Shown in pieces: positions 61,708-64,000 of a stretch of DNA of 64,000 nt. The DNA is from Chiloscyllium plagiosum. Taxonomy: Eukaryota. Every line of letters starts with the position of its first letter. The stretch's first letter is position 1. The notes beneath the pieces were generated by a model. The model made no database searches, had not been told where the DNA came from, and saw only the letters and a list, made by a program, of their open reading frames with translations. The DNA is taken from the NCBI RefSeq assembly GCF_004010195.1, contig NC_057719.1, positions 62,258,796 to 62,322,795 on the forward strand. The letters are read 5' to 3'. The position numbers were made by a program, and so were the translations under genes.

Positions 61708-62922
61708 CTGGAACGAGATCATGTGGGCCAGTTGCCAGGCGATTTTGGTATGACAACATTGTCTCTTGTAATTTGAAAGGTAAAACACAGTGCCCTGGAA
61801 CGGCAGACAATGTAAGCAGAATGATCTTTTAAAGGCTCGTTTGTTTGTAACACATAATGGGGTGTGAACTTACTTTCCATGGATTCTTAACACACATCTC
61901 TGGATTACCATGCACATACCATGATGACTACCATTCCCATAAAATGTAGGTAAGAACTGGAAGGAGGTCCTTGGAGTAAACATGCATTTGATTTGTTGTC
62001 TTCAGACTCTTCCATTGCTCCTTAGATTTTCTGCATTGTTTTCTCACTGATGTTTTCATCATTGGATCTCATTGGCATCAAGCCTAATTATCCTGAATCA
62101 AAGTACATTCTGTTTCACCTCAAGTGTAATGAGTAAAGATAAAATGTTTCACTGAATGTCTCCAAGTTGATCAACATTGGAGATTTGATAGGATTTTGGA
62201 TGGTTGATCGGAATTTATTTCAAGGTCATGCTGGTAAAAGAGTCCTGAGGCAAAAAAAACCTATCATTCTTTTTATCCTTTAAGACTTGAACATATCAAT
62301 GGAAGATGGAGGAGAGGCCAGTAGTACAGAAAGGCTAAGACTTCAAATGAGAAAGAAGCAGCCAAGCTCAGTGTACTGTCCATGGAAACGGTTGAGATAA
62401 TCTTCTGGGGCAAAAAAAAGCTTAATTGATGAAGCTTTTTAATGTGTTAAAATGTTCTGGAAATTCTGCTCTGGGGTTAAAAAAAAGAAACAAACCGTGC
62501 TTGAAAGCAAAATATTACAGATCTTGGAAAACTATTAGAGAGACAGAACTAAGATTGTTAGAATCAAGACTTTGAACTTCAACGGACTGTGTCCTCTTGA
62601 TGGATGGTGTGAGACTATTGGAGTATTTTCAGCATTTTGCTTTGTGTTAAAGGCATTCTCTTGGTTTTTCTCATTTAGCAGCACGATGCCTATGCTCTCT
62701 GTGAAGGTTAACTCGATTGTCATCATCTTCTGGTTGTGGAATTTGAAGGATAAGCAAAATATTATTTAAGAAAAACCTTTGAGCCACATCTCTCTCCTTT
62801 TGAGTCAGACTCAAAATCTCAGTTTAAGAGAATGCAAAATTGGCCAGAGTAGTCTTGTCTCCCAGCATGCATTGCAGGAAATAACACTGCTGCTTTTTAT
62901 TGCCCCCTTTTTCTCACACTAG

Positions 62923-62965
62923 GGGAACATTCAGTGCTGTCAGCTGGGATTTATGCAGAATCCAG
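62923..62965 (+). CDS. Candidate 43-nt exon (unidentified; may be non-coding or cryptic)
   Basis: Pyrimidine tract plus tag acceptor (tgccccctttttctcacactag|G) and donor CAG|gtacgt; all three frames are open. Confidence 0.2.
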
Positions 62966-63589
62966 GTACGTTGACTTTTCAGAAAGTCCTGTATGCAAGC
63001 AATGAAATCAAGTAATTGGAAAATTAGAAGTTTGGCAACACGTTTTTTTTTGCCCAGATGGCCTGTGACTTTTACTGTCCCAAGGACATTGTCACATTTT
63101 TTCCTTAACCTGCTGCATTTATAACATCACTGGCAGCAATAACATGCTCTTGTAATCCTGTTTTATTGAGCTATGTTGACATGCACTGTCAGACAAAGTT
63201 AAGAGTATCTAATCTTTGCAAGGGTGTACCCTTCACAACTTCTTTATGAATAGTGATGAGCAATTGAAATTTTAAGTAGTTCACAAAAATCAAAGCTGTC
63301 ACTTTCTCAATTGTGATGAACTGCAAATGGAGTGTGGGGTTGACAGGAAATCCTCTTTCTGGTTCTTTGACCAGAAGGAAAAGACAGATGGCCTAAAGTA
63401 ACTGCAGGGATCTTGCATGAATTACTTTCTCCATTGCTTGTTTCTTTTCCTTTTTTTATATATAAACAGAATTGTTTTGTGCTTGGTTACTCTCCAAGAA
63501 AATTCATCTTAAATTATAATCTCCAGTAAGGAGGTCCATTGAATATGAGGTGTGCTGTGTCAAATTTTGAGGTGCTTTGATAATTACTT

Positions 63590-63930
63590 TGGAATGCAAG
63601 AAGTTATTATGTAGCTGAATGCATCAAACATTGTGTAAAGCAAGATTCCATAAACACCAGTGAGGTAATTGACCATTGATCTATTTTTGCTAATGTTGGT
63701 TGAATACAGAATAGCTTTGGACAGTGAGAACTTCTGCCTGTCCAGGGATGTTTGGATATTTTAGTGTCAATGTTTAGATACCTTTAATGTCAGTGGACAA
63801 AGGCAGATGAGCTTTGAGCAATACCATTTAGATGGACTGTTCAATTGAATACGTTCAAATGCTGGAGTTGGGTTCAAACAGACAACCTTCTAACTCCGAG
63901 GGAAATGTGCTGCCAAGTAAATTGCACTGA
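63590..63930 (-). mobile_element. Decayed Deu-domain SINE
   Basis: Reverse-complement similarity to 2845-3280 (caagattcca...gacca...tgttggttga...gagaact...ggttcaaacagacaaccttctaactccgaggg). Smaller fragments at about 16120-16215, 38630-38760 and 59320-59560. Confidence 0.5.
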
Positions 63931-64000
63931 GTTTTTAAGCTATACGTTTAATGAATGTTCTCTGTAACCTTAGTGATATATTTTATTAATGTATTTGAAA

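Overview
This is AT-rich, repeat-dense eukaryotic non-coding DNA. The repeat families I recognise (HE1-type V-SINEs, HER1/CR1 LINEs, Deu-domain SINEs, Penelope-like elements) point to a cartilaginous fish, most likely a shark; that assignment comes from recalled consensus sequences, not a database search. The window has three N-gaps and no intact protein-coding gene. The ORFs I could assign are decayed retroelement fragments, tandem-repeat translations or gap-spanning artefacts. Two short splice-flanked segments (7100-7143, 62923-62965) could be exons of a large + strand host gene, but I cannot name it. The most coherent hidden system is a dispersed set of Penelope-derived terminal segments carrying minimal type-I hammerhead ribozyme motifs. 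One has an intact-looking core (36016-36051), and others occur as head-to-head palindromes (1-138, ~13650-13823). Other notable items: a 29-bp minisatellite that appears to have arisen inside a LINE, a CR1 with a 5' inversion, two related solo LTRs in opposite orientation, three near-identical local duplications that may be assembly artefacts, and an unassigned ~1.2-kb block (48290-49500) containing a perfect 15-bp stem. Repeat boundaries are approximate and read by eye.
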